A stretch of 64,000 nt of DNA from NCBI GenBank assembly GCA_024679065.1, contig JAGIQG010000009.1:66340001-66404000 (forward strand), written 5' to 3'. Of this stretch, positions 25,836 to 39,074 are shown in pieces (the stretch's first letter is position 1; every line of letters begins with the position of its first letter). Below the pieces are notes generated by a model, which was given only the letters and a program-made list of their open reading frames with translations, ran no database searches and was not told the DNA's origin. Position numbers and translations under genes: made by a program. This DNA comes from Sphyrna mokarran. Its lineage: Eukaryota.

Positions 25836-26242
25836 AGCATTTGACTGGCCTTCTATAGTGCTTTATGAAAAGTGGCACGACAATTTGCTGACTGTCAGGA
25901 CACAATTTTAATAAGACAATTCTCCGATCTTTCCCTGGAGGGCAATAAATTGAAACTGACCTCTACAACTGGACAGAGAGAAGAATTGTTGTCAATCAAA
26001 CTCCGAAAATTGAATTTTTATTCCCAGGTCAGGAATGACATTTGGGACAATTCCCACTCAGCAACCCGACTTGCAAATTCCCAGATAGTTGGGGATTCGT
26101 TCTGGTGTTGGGTGGGGTGAAATGGTAGTCAGGCCTGGTGCGCAGGAATGGAGTCTGGCTGGGCAAAAAGGCCAGTTATCTTTCTGTGAAGAAAAGAATG
26201 AAACCAATAACAGTCCTCCAACTCTCACCCTCTCCCAGAAAC

Positions 26243-26592
26243 TCATCATAGAATCATAGAACCCTACAGTGCAGAAAGAGGCCCTTCGGCCCATCGAGTC
26301 TGCACTGAACACAATCCCACCCCAGGCCCTACTCCCATATTCCTACACATTATACCCACTAACCCCTCTAACCTACGCATCCCTGAACAATAAGGAGCAA
26401 TTTCTTAGCGTGGCCAATCAACCTAACCCGCACATCTTTGGATTATGGCAGGAAACCTGAGTACCCGGAGGAAACCCACGCAGACACAAGGAGAATGTGC
26501 AAACTCCACACAGACAGTGACCCGAGCCTGGAATCGAACCCAGGACCCTGAGGCTGTGAAGCAGCAATGCTAATCACTGTGCTACTGTGACA
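26243..26592 (-). mobile_element. HE1-type SINE, well preserved
   Basis: catagaatcatagaaccctacagtgcagaaagaggcccttcggccc tail; full head. Confidence 0.9.
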
Positions 26593-26676
26593 CCTGATAT
26601 CGGAGAGGAAGAGGCAGTGAGCTGCTATTGTCGCTCCCACAGAATGCGGGTGGCAGGTGTGCTCATATTGAAGAGT

Positions 26677-26953
26677 TAAAGTTATTTATTAGTCACAAGT
26701 AAGGCTTACATTAACACTGCAATGAAGTTACTGCAAAATTCCTTAGTTGCCACACTTCAGTGCCTGTTCGGGTGACTGAACTTAACCAGCATATCTTTCC
26801 AATTGTGGGAGGAAACCACAGTACCTGGAGAAAACCCATGTAGACATGGGGAGAATGTGCAGACTCCACATAGACAGTAATCCAAGCCTGGAATCAAACA
26901 CAGGTCCTTGGCGCTGTGAGGAAGCAGTGCTAACCACTGCCATTGTGCCACCC
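26677..26953 (-). mobile_element. tRNA-derived SINE, type 2 tail
   Basis: tttattagtcacaagtaaggcttacattaacactgcaatgaagttactg. Confidence 0.85.
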
Positions 26954-28799
26954 GAAGTTTGTGAGAGTATAAATGAGCTGGAAAGTTTGCTTAGCTTTGG
27001 CTAAAGAGAACAATCACTAATTTCTTCCTCACCATGAAAGCTAGTCCTAGGATTAAGAATTACTCAGCTGGGAAAGAAAAAGAATAGAAACAAACCCTTG
27101 GGACCTAAGAATCATTTTTCACTGGTTCCTGGAGAATGAAGTGTTCACTTAAAGAACAGAGTACAATATAACCATGGGCAAGAGTGGAGTGGGGATTTTC
27201 ATCTCTATTAGAAGTTCATGGGGAAGCTTTTCTGTACTTTAAAGTACAAGCTGCCTTCTGAAGTAATGTTTAATATTGTTGTTAGTTTGTTTGTTACAGT
27301 AAATATCTTAAAATCTTGTTGTGCAATCCTTCTGTCACTGGGAGCTCACTTTCTTTATGAAACTATAATCCCCTTAGATATTGAAAACTTGTTTAACATG
27401 AGGTATTGCACACATCTCCTCCTGCGCCATGCCCTCACCCTGTTCACAACTCTGGATTCCCTCAACACTCATTACTATTCCCCAGTCTCCAAGGCCTCAA
27501 TGTCTGATTGTACAGCAGCTTTGAAAACAGCTTCTCAGTACATGGGAGATGGGGGAGAGGGCTTGGCATGGGGGAAACCAAAATAGTAAAATAAATGTGA
27601 ATTGAGGAAGGACAAGGCAGCCTTTTCTGAGAGATGGAAGTCCAAATTCCTCACACAAACATGTAGATATTTAAATACATCCAAAGTAAATACAGACTCA
27701 AATAACAAATATGCAGATAGCTATTGCTTTCGACTACCTGATTCAATGAAAGAGTCCAGATATGATTCTTTTAATAAAAAAAACATATTTGTCATAACAT
27801 CCTTTAGTGAAGAACATTTCAAATCTTTACACGCAACACTGGAGCCTTTTGTCCATTCCCATGGCAACAATAACATACTATAACTTCTGGGAATTAAACA
27901 TACCTCTCCAAAATATGAACTTACTGAACCATACCACCACTCAACAGATAACGCTTACCAGAGAGCTCTTGAAGCGTGTATATTTTTTGTGTTTTAATGC
28001 ACAACAGAGGAATTGTAACTCTGATAATAAATCATTCATTGCCTGGCTATACAGCAGATTGTGTCTGGCTTTACATAGGCAACAAGATGTTTATTGGCTT
28101 CCTGTGAACTTTGAACTCTGCTAAGTAAAATCACGACGACCTCATGTGCTCACAAAACCGCTCTACATGAGGAGCATCAACTCACCTGTAGATAGGATCC
28201 TGCATAATCATCATCTTGCTCTCATCCCAGGTCCACTCTTTTTTCTAAAGAGAGCAACAAACAAAGAAGGGAAAATTACTCGGCAGTAATAAGTTGTCAA
28301 CAAATTGCAAGTGTTAGACAAGCAGTAATACAGAGTCAAATGTGCCATTTGTCCGGGAAATGGTTGTCAACATTGTGTGAAATTCCTGCACTAAGATGCT
28401 ATGCCAATCTAAATTCCAAAGGAATTGAGTATATGGATTAGGGCCACATTTGCAGGAAAAATAAACATTGCCCGCATGCGCTGCATTCCATTTTTCTCTG
28501 AAAACAACTTAGATAAAATTAGCTTACAATCCTTTGTGCAGAAGAGATTAAGAACACATCTCATCAAGGTGTTTAAAATATTCAAAGGTTTCGTTGTATA
28601 GATCCAGATAAACAATTTCTGCTGGTGAGAGAAAAGTTGAGAGAAAGTGGAAAATCTTGAGGTTCCTACACTTGCATGTTAGCTGGATCTACCCATCACT
28701 GAAAATTAAATCAGTTTGAGTGTTGATGAAAAAAAAAGAGACAAACTGTCAAATCTGCACTCATCAGGACAGATGCAAGAATACCAAATTTCAAAAGTA

Positions 28800-29199
28800 A
28801 CAACTTGCTGACCTACACTGGATTCCAGTTTACCAAGACCTTAGTTTTAGAATATTCATCCTCATGTTCAAATCCCTCCAAGATCATGCACTCTTCATCT
28901 TAGTAACTTGCTTCAGTCCCATAACTTTTGAAGGACTCTACTTTTTTCCAGTTCTGATCTCTTTTGAATCCTTTTCATTTTCACACCTTCAGCCGTCTAG
29001 GCTCTAAGCACTGCACTTCCTGTCCAAACCTCTCCATTCCAGTCTTTCGCTCTTCTCATCGAGATTCTTCTCAAAATTGAACTTTTTGATCAAACTTCTG
29101 GTCATCTGTTATAACATTTCCTGCTGGTGGCTCAGTGTCAAATGGGTGCCTGGTTGGGCTACAGTGAAGCACCGAGACATTTTACTGCACTAAAAATGC
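28800..29199 (+). mobile_element. L2 LINE 3' end (tail resumes at 30227)
   Basis: ADLHWIPV remnant; tail gtgaagcacc...gacattttactgcactaaaaatgc|tatataaat. Confidence 0.65.
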
Positions 29200-30226
29200 A
29201 GTTGATGGGAAATATTCAACTTGGAGTTCAGTTACAAGTGGTGTACCTCAGGGATCTGTTTTGGGGCCACTGCTGTTTGTCATTTTCATAAATGACCTAG
29301 CTGAGAGTGTAGAAGGAATGGGTTAGTAAATTTGCTGATGACACCAAAGTCGGAGGAGTTGTAGACAGTGAGGATGGATGTTACAGTTTGCAGAGGGACA
29401 TAGCTAAGCTGCAGAGCTGGGCCAAGAGGTGGCAAATGGAGTTTAATGCAGAAAAGTGTGAGGTGATTCACTTTGGTAAGAGTAATAGGAGTACAGAATA
29501 TAGGGCTAATGGAAGGACTCTTCGTAGTGTTGACGAGCAGAGAGATCTCAGTGTATATGTGCATAGCTCCCTGAAAGTTGGCACCCAGGTTGATAAAGTT
29601 GTTAAGAAGGCATACAGTGTGTTAGCTTTTTTTGGTAGAGGGATTGAATTTCGGAGCTGTGAGGTCATATTGCAACCGTACAAAACTCTGCTGCAGCCGC
29701 ACTTGGAATATTGCCTACAGTTCTGTTCGCCGCATTATAAGAAAAATGTGGAGGCATTGAAAAGGGTGCAAAGGAGGTTTACCAGAATGTTGCCTGGTAT
29801 GGTGGGAATGTCTTATGAGGAAAGGCTGAGGGACTTGAGATTATTTTCATTAGAGAAAAGAAGATTAAGAGGTGACCTAATTGAGGCACACAAAATGATC
29901 AGAGGGTTAAATAGGGTGGACAGTGAGAGCCTTTTTTCTTTGCTTGGTGATGGCTAACACAAGAGGACATGGCTTTAAATTAAGGGGTGGTAATTATAGG
30001 ACGGATGTAAAGAGATAGATTCTTTACTCAGAGGGTAGTAAGGGTGTGGAATGCCTTGCCTGCAGCAGTTGTGGACTTGACAACTTTAAGGGCATTCAAA
30101 TGGTCAGAGGATAGGCATATGGATAAGATTGGAATAGATTAGGTTAGAGGGTCATTAGATTGGTTCCATTGCTTGGCGCCACATCGAGGGCCGAAGAGCC
30201 TGTATTGCGCTGTAATGTTCTATGTT
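29200..30226 (+). mobile_element. HER1/CR1 LINE, 5'-truncated
   Basis: [26 protein letters not shown]; ttctatg tail; TSD ctaaaaatgc at 29190-29199 and 30227-30236. Confidence 0.92.
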
Positions 30227-30349
30227 CTAAAAATGCTATATAAATCCACACACTGTTGTGGAATTCCCAGTCTCAACAACAATACATTTCTGAAGGGTAG
30301 ATGGATTCACTTTCCTCATGAAGATGAGAGAATTTAATCCATTCCTCTT

Positions 30350-31170
30350 CTGCAGCAAGACCTGGACAATATCTAGTCTTGGGCTAACAAATGGCAAGTA
30401 TCACACACACCACACAAATTCCAGGCAATGAACATCTCCAATAAGATCATATCTAACCATCATACCTTGACAATCAATAGCATTAACATCTGAATTCCCC
30501 ACTATAACCATCCTGGGGGTTACCACTGACCAGAAACTCAACTGAACTAGCCGTATAAATAAATACAATTTCTCCAGGTCAGAAACTAGGATTCCTACAC
30601 GTGTAACTCACCTCCTGACTCCACAAGCCTGTTCACCATTGACAAGGCATAAGTCAGGAGTGTGGTGGAGTATGCTCCATTTGCCTAGAAGAATACAGTT
30701 CAAACAACACTCAAAAAATTCAACATCACCCAAGGTAAAGCAGCCTTCTTGACTGGCACCCCATCACAAACATTCACTCCCTCCACCAATAGCATATAGT
30801 AGCAACAATGTATACCATCTACAAGATGGTACAAAATCTACAAGGAACTCAGGCTTTTTAGACAGCACCTTCCATACAAATGACCGCTACAAATCTAGAA
30901 GGACAAGAACAGCAAACACATGGGAACATCATCATCTTGAAGTTCCCTTCCAAGTTATTAACCATCCTGACTTGGAAATATATCACCATTCCTTCACTGC
31001 CATTGGGTCAAAATCCTGGAAATTTCTCCCTAACAGCACTGTGGATGGACCTACACCACAAGAACTGCAGTGATTCAAAAAGACAGCTCACCACCACTTA
31101 CTTAAGGGTAATTAGTGATGGGCAATAAATGCCAGCCTAGCCAGTGACGCACACGTCCCTTGAATGAATA
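30350..31170 (+). mobile_element. CR1-clade LINE 3' fragment (second family; more pieces at 36470-36785 + and 52880-53180 -)
   Basis: LQQDLDNI...WANKWQV; tail gatgggcaataaatgccagcctagccagtgacgcacacgtcccttgaatgaata. Confidence 0.8.
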
Positions 31171-31236
31171 AAATAAAACAGTAAGAATTTAGCAACACCA
31201 ATTTATAATCCAACCGATTTATTTGATAGTAAAAAA

Positions 31237-31269
31237 GCGAGCTTTCAACACTCTGTGTCTTCCTCAGGC
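31237..31269 (-). ncRNA. Minimal type I hammerhead ribozyme motif
   Basis: Reverse complement reads gc CTGAGGA a GACAC aga GTGTT GAAA gc TC gc. Confidence 0.65.
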
Positions 31270-31303
31270 AAATGCAGTGAACACTGCAGTGAACACTGCA
31301 TTT

Positions 31304-31336
31304 GCCTGAGGAAGACACAGAGTGTTGAAAGCTCGC
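31304..31336 (+). ncRNA. Minimal type I hammerhead ribozyme motif
   Basis: gc CTGAGGA a GACAC aga GTGTT GAAA gc TC gc. Confidence 0.65.
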
Positions 31337-32514
31337 TTTTTTACTATCAAATAAATCGGTTGGATTATAAATTGGTGTTGCTAAATTCTTACTGAGTTCT
31401 TACCACCCCAATCCAACGCCGGCATCTGTATATCATAAAATAAAACACGCAGTCCTTAATTTCAGGCAATCCCCGGGTTGGAATTTTGTGTCAAGTTGGG
31501 TCCTGCAGGAATCGTGCTTGGACTCCAACTATCAACAGTCTATATCAACAATTTGGATGCGAGAGCCAAACAGAATGGGCCTGAGCTTCTGTGGTGTGTC
31601 AGTCAGAGTCAGATTGCCACTATGCCCCTACTGCTTAACTGCAAATCTTCACGATCCAGTCTCTCCTGCCTTCAGGCTCAGTGAGCACAGTGCAGGGTAA
31701 TGCACCCCTCAGCACTGCAATACCAGACAGGAAGAGGCTGCAGCTCAGTTTTGTGTCACACCAGCTGCCCTAATTCAGTGAGTTTACAGATGCTGTCACT
31801 TACAAACCAGCCAGAAAATAGGCCGCCAGTTATGTGACTAGAATTTGGTAGGCAGGTTGTGGTTTGCACTCAGGAGAAGTTTGACAGTTGGTGGGAAGCC
31901 AGTCAGGGGGTGTGACTTTTGAGGGTACGTAACAACATGAGAAAACACTTCAACAGAGGCAGTTAAATACTGACCAAGGAGACATAGGAAAGGAGACCGT
32001 GAAAAAAGGCCTTCACTTTAAACATTAGTTTGTCCTTTCTTTTTACAGATGTTAATTGACTTGCCTGTGTGTTTTCAAACTATTCTCTTTGTGTTGATCT
32101 GCATTGTATCCTATCTCTTCAATGTAGCTTAACAATTTGCTGTTGCGAACAATACTGCATGATTTCTTCTGCTAAACTGAGGGTCATCTCACATTCTTCA
32201 ATGCTGCCTTTCGCCTCTATCCAACTCTTGAAGATCATTTTATGCTAATGTCACCTCCTCCTCATCCATGTTGTAGCTCTGACTGCACCTTGAACTCTCA
32301 CCATGAAAACTCATTCTTCATCTCTGAACAAACTGATAATAAGCCCATTAACAGACTCAACTGGCCATTTAAAAAATTTGGGTGGATTGCCAATTACACT
32401 TTTGAAAATGAAATGTCTTACACCAAGAAAGGGCATGCTGACCCGGGGATGGGAGCTTTAAGCCATTAAGGGCAAGTGTTCAATGTTTTATTATTCATTA
32501 TTCATTACCATAAG

Positions 32515-32690
32515 AAGTAGTTGGTGCCAAATCATTGAATGTATTCAAGAGGTAGCTAGATATAGCACTTGGGCGAATGGGATCAAAGGTTATTAGGAGA
32601 AAGCAGGATTAGGCGATTGAGTTGGACAATCAGCCATGATCATGATGAAAGCCAAACAGCTTCTTCCCACTCTTATCTCTGTGTGTCTAG
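32515..32690 (+). mobile_element. CR1 3' terminal fragment (sister copy at 34100-34285)
   Basis: attcaagaggtagctagat...gggatcaaaggttat...agaaagcaggattaggc. Confidence 0.7.
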
Positions 32691-32799
32691 GTCCTTCTTA
32701 ACAAAATGGTTTTATGACAAACAATAAAACTTTTCACCACTCCCACTATTGATAAGCAATGTGTTTGATCCTTGCTTTTAACTATTAAATAACAACTTA

Positions 32800-33052
32800 T
32801 TTTTATGGAAGCATCAAGTAAGATAGTGCACTGCATAGGGAGATAAGTACACAAAGTAAGTTTTAAGGAGTGTCAGAAGGGAGAAAGGGGAGGTAAAAAG
32901 GTGCAGGAAAGACATTTCAGAGCTTGGGATCTTGGCAACAAAGCGTAGCCACCAATGATGGAGTGACTAAAATTGAAAAAGACACCAGGATTATAGGAGT
33001 GCAGATATCTCAAAGGGTTGTGGAACTTGAGAAAATCGGAGGGAGGGGGAGA

Positions 33053-33087
<35 letters not shown>

Positions 33088-33318
33088 ACGAGGGGCAAGG
33101 TCAATGATGGCTTGCAAAACAAGGGTCCAATTTTTAATGTTTGACAAGGAACCAATCAGAAGTTAGTAAACACAGGGGTGACAGGTAAACAGGATTTGAT
33201 ATGAGTTCAGGCATGAGCAACAGAGTTTTGGTTGATCTCCAGTTTATAAGTTCAAGAATTTGGGAGACTAGCCTGGAGTGCACTGGGGTAGAGAAGTTAT
33301 TAATGCCAATGACCTTCC
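32800..33318 (-). mobile_element. L2 remnant containing a (GA)n microsatellite at 33050-33087
   Basis: Resembles the reverse complement of the other L2 3' regions; pure GA run. Confidence 0.55.
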
Positions 33319-33319
33319 C

Positions 33320-33638
33320 ATAGAATACTGACAATGCAGAAAGAGGCCATTCAGCCCATTGAATCAGCACCAACTCTCCAAAAGAGCATCACAGGTTTTC
33401 CTTCTGCACTACCCTGGTTATCATTTACCATGGCTAATCACCTAACCTACACACCTTTGGACATTAAGTGGCGATTTAGCATGGCCTTCCTACCCATCCT
33501 GCACAGTTTTGGACTGTAGGAGGAAATTGGAGCACACACGGGGAGAATGTGCAGACTTAACACAGATAGTGATCTGAGGCTGGAATCAAATCCAGGTCCC
33601 TGGTTCTGTGAGGTAGCAGTGCTAACCACTGTGCCACT
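33320..33638 (-). mobile_element. HE1-type SINE
   Basis: Reverse-strand tail and head. Confidence 0.85.
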
Positions 33639-35179
33639 TTAACAAAAGTACACCTTTTATTATTTTAATTGGTCTAACATAGGTCAATGTTTAAAAGATG
33701 AATTCTGATTAAAGATCCTGCCTCAAAATGAAACTCTTTCAAATTCTAGTACATTCCTCAATCCTTTCTGCTTCATATTTCTAGTTATTAAACAATTTTT
33801 CATGCCTATTTTTAAAAAATTGATAGTACAAATATTACTTATTATAAAAATTCAATGAAAAATTCAGAGATCTACTGCTCTGATTTAGAAACGAAACAGC
33901 CAATTTCATATATAATAAAAGAGAATGTTATTTTTCAATAATATTGTAATTTAGGTTTGCACTAATCAGAAGAAATGCTGATACATTGTAACAGATTTGG
34001 AGAGCATGCATAATGTGTTACCTATCAAAAATCTATTATCCAGGCATCAAGAATGACAAATTATACAAGCTCCAAAACTAAATTATACATTAAGAATGCC
34101 AAAACATTGAACTCATTCAAGAGGCAGCTAGATAAAGTACTTGGGTCAGATGGGATCAAAGGTTATGGGGAGAAAGCAGGATTAGGCTATTGAGTAGGAC
34201 ATCAGCCACGTGCGAGGTGAATGGTCGAGCAAGCTCGAAGGACCAAATGGTCTCCTCCTGCCCTAACATCTATGCTTCTATGTCCCTCCTAATAAAACAG
34301 TTTTATGACTTCATAAACCTTCTCCCAGAGAGCTGAAGAACAAAATGGGGAGGCTAAGGAGTGTCGGACTGAGATGTACAAGATAATGGAGGTTGGGGCA
34401 GGTGTGTGTGCTAGGTAGATGGGGGAAGACTTTTTTTTGAGGAAAAACAGATGTGAGATGATTTGTTGACCGACTGGCCCTTTGGAGTTTGCTGCTTGGT
34501 TTGGCGGTGGAAACAAAAACTCCCAACACATTTAAAAGATGACTGGAACAGCACATAAACTGCTGTAACCTGCAAGGTTACAGACCGGATGCTGGAATAG
34601 AATGAGCAGCTAGTTTGTTTTTCTCTTTCCAACTGGCGCAGAGACAATGGCAAAATGGCCTCTTCCTGTGTCACACCTGTTCTATAGTTCTATATAGTGA
34701 GATGCGTGGAATGACTTGTGGTGCTGAGCCCAAAATAAAATTGGACATTTGGAATTAAAAAATTGGGCACTCTAAACTACAAATCAGTTCCAGCAAATCA
34801 CTGGCAGGAAGTCAAACCTGGCCAAAGTTTAAAATACAGAATCAGACGGACTGCTGGGGCATGTCTGGATCCCCCTTATCAATAATCCATCAAGTGATCA
34901 TGGCTTCTATTTGATATGCACCGGCCTATTATCCACAGCTGGCGCAATAAATTTTATTCAGAGAGAATGTCCACCAATGACATGTAAATATATGCTAATG
35001 AAGTTGCTGACCTTGGAAATAACAACCTCAATGGGAAATCCCACTGGCTTAAGAGTCATTCTGGAATTCCCATTGATTCCTCTGCCTCCATCCCTCCACC
35101 CCCTCTCCCTGCCACCTCCCATAGAGTTCAAAAATTGTCCTGTCAGTGGTAGCTTTCTTCCACTTTGTCTGGATGTCAA

Positions 35180-36345
35180 TAATAGGTCCTGTCCAGAAGG
35201 GTGCAATGTAAATATGTTTACACAGCAAGGGGAAAACATACCCACCTCCACCCTTGTCCTGATGGCCACGTTTATATGCAGCTGCATCAAGCTCTGTGTA
35301 ACCTCAGTACACAAATACCAAGTGTCACTATATGCTGAGGTCCTTTCCCAGGTGTTGTCAAGTATGGTAACTTTGTCCCAGAATTCTCAAGCCCATTGGA
35401 CTCTCCATCTCTTGTTGAAAGGTTTATGTGGAAAAAAACAATTTTGACCTAGAAGGTTATCAAACAGGTCTGCACGTAACTTGCTCACAAGATCCTGTGG
35501 GAATAGTAGATAGTGCATCCTATCTGATGATTCGCTGAGCAGATTATCAAAAAAACATTTGGCAGAATGCTGCATCAACAGAACTTTCAAAGAAGAATCA
35601 AAGAACGTTGCCCAATTGGTGGGGAGAAAGGCCCTCCCTGTTAGATCACGCCCAGAGTCTCACCCTTTCCACACACTGCCCTTGCGACAGCTGCAGTGTG
35701 GGGGAGACTATTGCTCACCTTCTTCTGGGAATGTGCCTTTAGAAAGAAGATCTGTACAGAAATACAGTGGTTTTTATTGAAGGTCACCCTAAACAACTCT
35801 GTATTTCATACAAACAAGAAGAACATTCTGTCCCTCAAGCCTACTCCGCCATTTAATAAGATCACGGCTGCTGTGATAGTAATCTCAAATTTGCATCTTG
35901 CCTGGCCGAGATAACCTATCATTTCTCTCTCTCTCACTAAGAATCTATCCACCTCGGACTCAAAAACACTCAAAAGCTCCGCTTCCACTGCCTTTTCAGA
36001 AAGAATTCCAGCGAATCGCGAACTCAAGAGAAAAAGTTTGAACTCATTTCTATTTTACAAGAACGATCCCTTATTTATGAAAGTGATTAACCTTAGATTA
36101 TAGATTCTCCCATAAAAGGAAAGATCCTCTTGCCAAGACTATTAGAAGTGTTGCAGCACTTCCCAGGGACATATACCTGAGATGAACATAAACTATGGCT
36201 GGAGAGCCTTCAATGCAGTGAAAGACACTCTTTGGGTCCACCCAATACCTGCCACTCTTCAGGTGAAAAGACTTGTCTGAGACTGAGTGTAGCAGACTGA
36301 CAAATTCAAAAGTCCAGGACTAAGTGCTTCAGGATGTACTGCCAC
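35180..36345 (+). mobile_element. L1-Tx1 clade LINE ORF2 3' part, decayed, split by a CR1 fragment
   Basis: LVLMATFICSCIKLCV, IWQNAASTELS, RKALPVRS, CP..C..GETIAHLL.ECAF (C-terminal zinc finger), VKDTLW, SKVQD. Confidence 0.75.
35810..36135 (-). mobile_element. CR1 3' fragment nested in Tx1
   Basis: KAVEAELLSVFESEVDRFL. Confidence 0.75.
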
Positions 36346-39074
36346 AAAGATCTAGGCCAGAATCTTATCACTGCTTATGCCGACAGAATTTTCCTATCCT
36401 GTTGCAGTAAACAGAGATTTGGCTGGTTGCCAAATTCTCCGACCTCACTGAGGCGGGAGCGTGGTGTGACAGCTTGTCCAACAGCACTTTCCAAACTCAC
36501 AGCCACTACCTCTGGGAAGAACAAAAGGCAGCAGGAGCATGGGAACACTACCAACTGCAAGTTCCCCTCCAAGCCACTCACCATCCTAACTTGGAACCAT
36601 AATCGCCATTCCTTCACTGCCACTGGGCCAGGGTAAACCCTCCCTAACAGCACTCTGGATGCTCCTACAACACATGGACTGCAGCAGTTAAAAAAGGCAA
36701 CTCACCACCACCTTCTCAAGGGTAATTAAGGGTGGACATTAAATGCTGGCTGAGCCAATAATGTCCCATGAATGAATTAAAAATAAGCATGACTTGCTTT
36801 GCTTTTTACTGTATATATTGAATTTATGTATGAATGATAAAGAACATCTGTTTCAAATATATTTTCAAAAATATATTTGCATTAAAAAATGTGCAAACAA
36901 TGTTACAATGTAGAGATTTAATATTCCAAAACGACTTACAAGGAGAGTCATCCAGAATGAAGTCGGGGTCACTCTCCTGGCCTCGTCCTTAGCTTCTAGA
37001 CTCTTGGCAATCTAAAGTGTACAATAATCAATAAAAGAATTAATAACCCAAAATAGTAAAACACCAATAAATTACCAAAAAGCAAAAAAAACCCTCGCTT
37101 CTACTGTGATCAGCTAACGCACCACAAGAGAAAGCAGTATAAAAATATACTTAGTGCTTCGATGAACCAAATTGGGAGGATGCAAAAAACGTGCTGAACT
37201 GCAGGAACAGCAAGCCATCGGTACAATAATATAAACATTATTTATGATAAAATATTTCAGTGTTTGAGTAGAGATCCATTTTATAATAATTATATTTCCC
37301 AAAAATAAATCAGGAACGGTATACCTGAATGAATGAATTTCATATATGAATGAAAATTCATTGATTAATAATGAAAGAAAAATCATTTCCATTCTTAGGG
37401 CAAAATGAATGATGATCCAATTATATGTATGTTTTTCTTTTTCAAATAGGAAATCAATCAGTTGCCCCCTCCTTCATAAAACAGGAACATCCAAACACCC
37501 GCAAAAAGTCCCAAAGCTTCAAATGTTGCACCAGGAAAGGACTTTTAAAACAAAGGTCAAAGCAAATCTCAGTTCAACTCAGCACTTCCGTAAATGGACA
37601 ATGAACAGAACTGATCCCATTCTGACAGAGTATTCAGCTGTGGGATAACTGAGTCTGATCAGCGTCTGTTCAATTCCTTCTCGCTGTCTTTTCAAGGCTA
37701 AATTAAATCAGAGTCTTTCTACATATGCCAAACTACAATCTGAATCACCATTCAACCGAAGCTGTGATATTCCTTCTGAACAACACTGCGGTAAAATATC
37801 CACTTGAAAATGGTGTGTCTTCCAAGTGTTTGGAAAGGATGCCAAAATCTTTCATTTTGAAGTGTTCCCCTTTAAAGCACATCGTGTCACTCTGGGCGAG
37901 TGAATTCAATTGGTAACAGCAGGGCAATAAACACTTTATCCACGTGTCCTGAAAATTACTCGCAAGTTTAGTGCCATTTTTGATTCACTTCTTGATGAAG
38001 CGCAGAATGTAACAGAGGATCCAATAAAACATTGTTATTTCTGTGATGAAAGTTAGAACCGAATGTATCAAGATAATTTCCCCTCACTTTATTCCAAGAA
38101 GTTCTCTCTGTGCTCATTTACATATCAGCCTGTCGTAGGTGTATAGCCAACGTTTTCAATTTATTAGTATGAATTCAGTGGGAAATTACAGTCAAAGTAC
38201 ACATACTCCAACGTAGCTGCAGTCCTGTTGCACTGCATTATGTCCAACGTAACAGATTTCGCACCTGGCTGTTGCAAATCAGGCTGTTAAATTAGAGTCA
38301 AAAAGTGGATGAACAAAGTTTATGAATGGATGAGACAAACTGCACAAGGGTTCTTTCAGACATCCTGATTTCTTTACCTGACAATCGCGGCCACCCCAGT
38401 CAGAAGGCGGTTAAAAAGTCACTAGGGATCATCTGCTCAATGGGAGCCTGATTAGTCAAGTAACTTAACCAGTGGGAATTTCATCTGCATCCAAAATCCA
38501 GTACTGTTAAAATTGGGAATGGAGCAGGAAATGGAATCAGTCCATTTGGATTGCTCCCCCCATTCCTTTCCCTCTGACCCAAGAACTGTTACTGTTCATC
38601 TTTTACTACAGCAGTGAGGAGTGGAACCCACAATGGAACAATGATGTGGCAGGTCAATTTTCAACATGGTCTCTGCGTGAAGTGGTGAGCAGAAACCCAA
38701 ATATCCTCCTGATATGAAAGAGAGAACAAAACTGAATGACAGGACCATTCACTAACCCAGGCAGAAGCATCTAACTGCACCAGACAATGAGAATCCAGTC
38801 TAACGTTTTGGAGTGAGTTAGGAGGAATTAACTCAAGTCAAATACTAGGGCAGAGAAAGCAAAGCAAACACACACTCATATACTTGCAACACTCATTTAC
38901 GAAGGGGTTACTTCTTTGTAATCTTGACCACCATCATAAATGGAAATAGGATATCGCTCATATTATTCGCTCAGAGGTCCTTAGAGAAGATTATTACTTC
39001 ATATGTAAATTGATTTTAAAAAATACATATGACAAATTAAGAAGTATATACACTTACACAAACTATTTCCCAGC

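Larger units (their letters stand above)
31179..31434. mobile_element. Palindromic Penelope pLTR-derived mini-element
   Basis: Perfect 101-bp inverted arms 31179-31279 / 31294-31394, 40-bp tail, TSD ataaaataaaaca at 31168-31180 and 31435-31447. Confidence 0.92.

Noticed and set aside
28745-28775. - strand tgtc CTGATGA gtgc... hammerhead-like start
   Set aside because: GAAA segment is missing; at most a decayed remnant
34911-35447. 178-aa ORF
   Set aside because: The recognisable part is a decayed Tx1 ORF2 fragment; the rest has no protein-like signal
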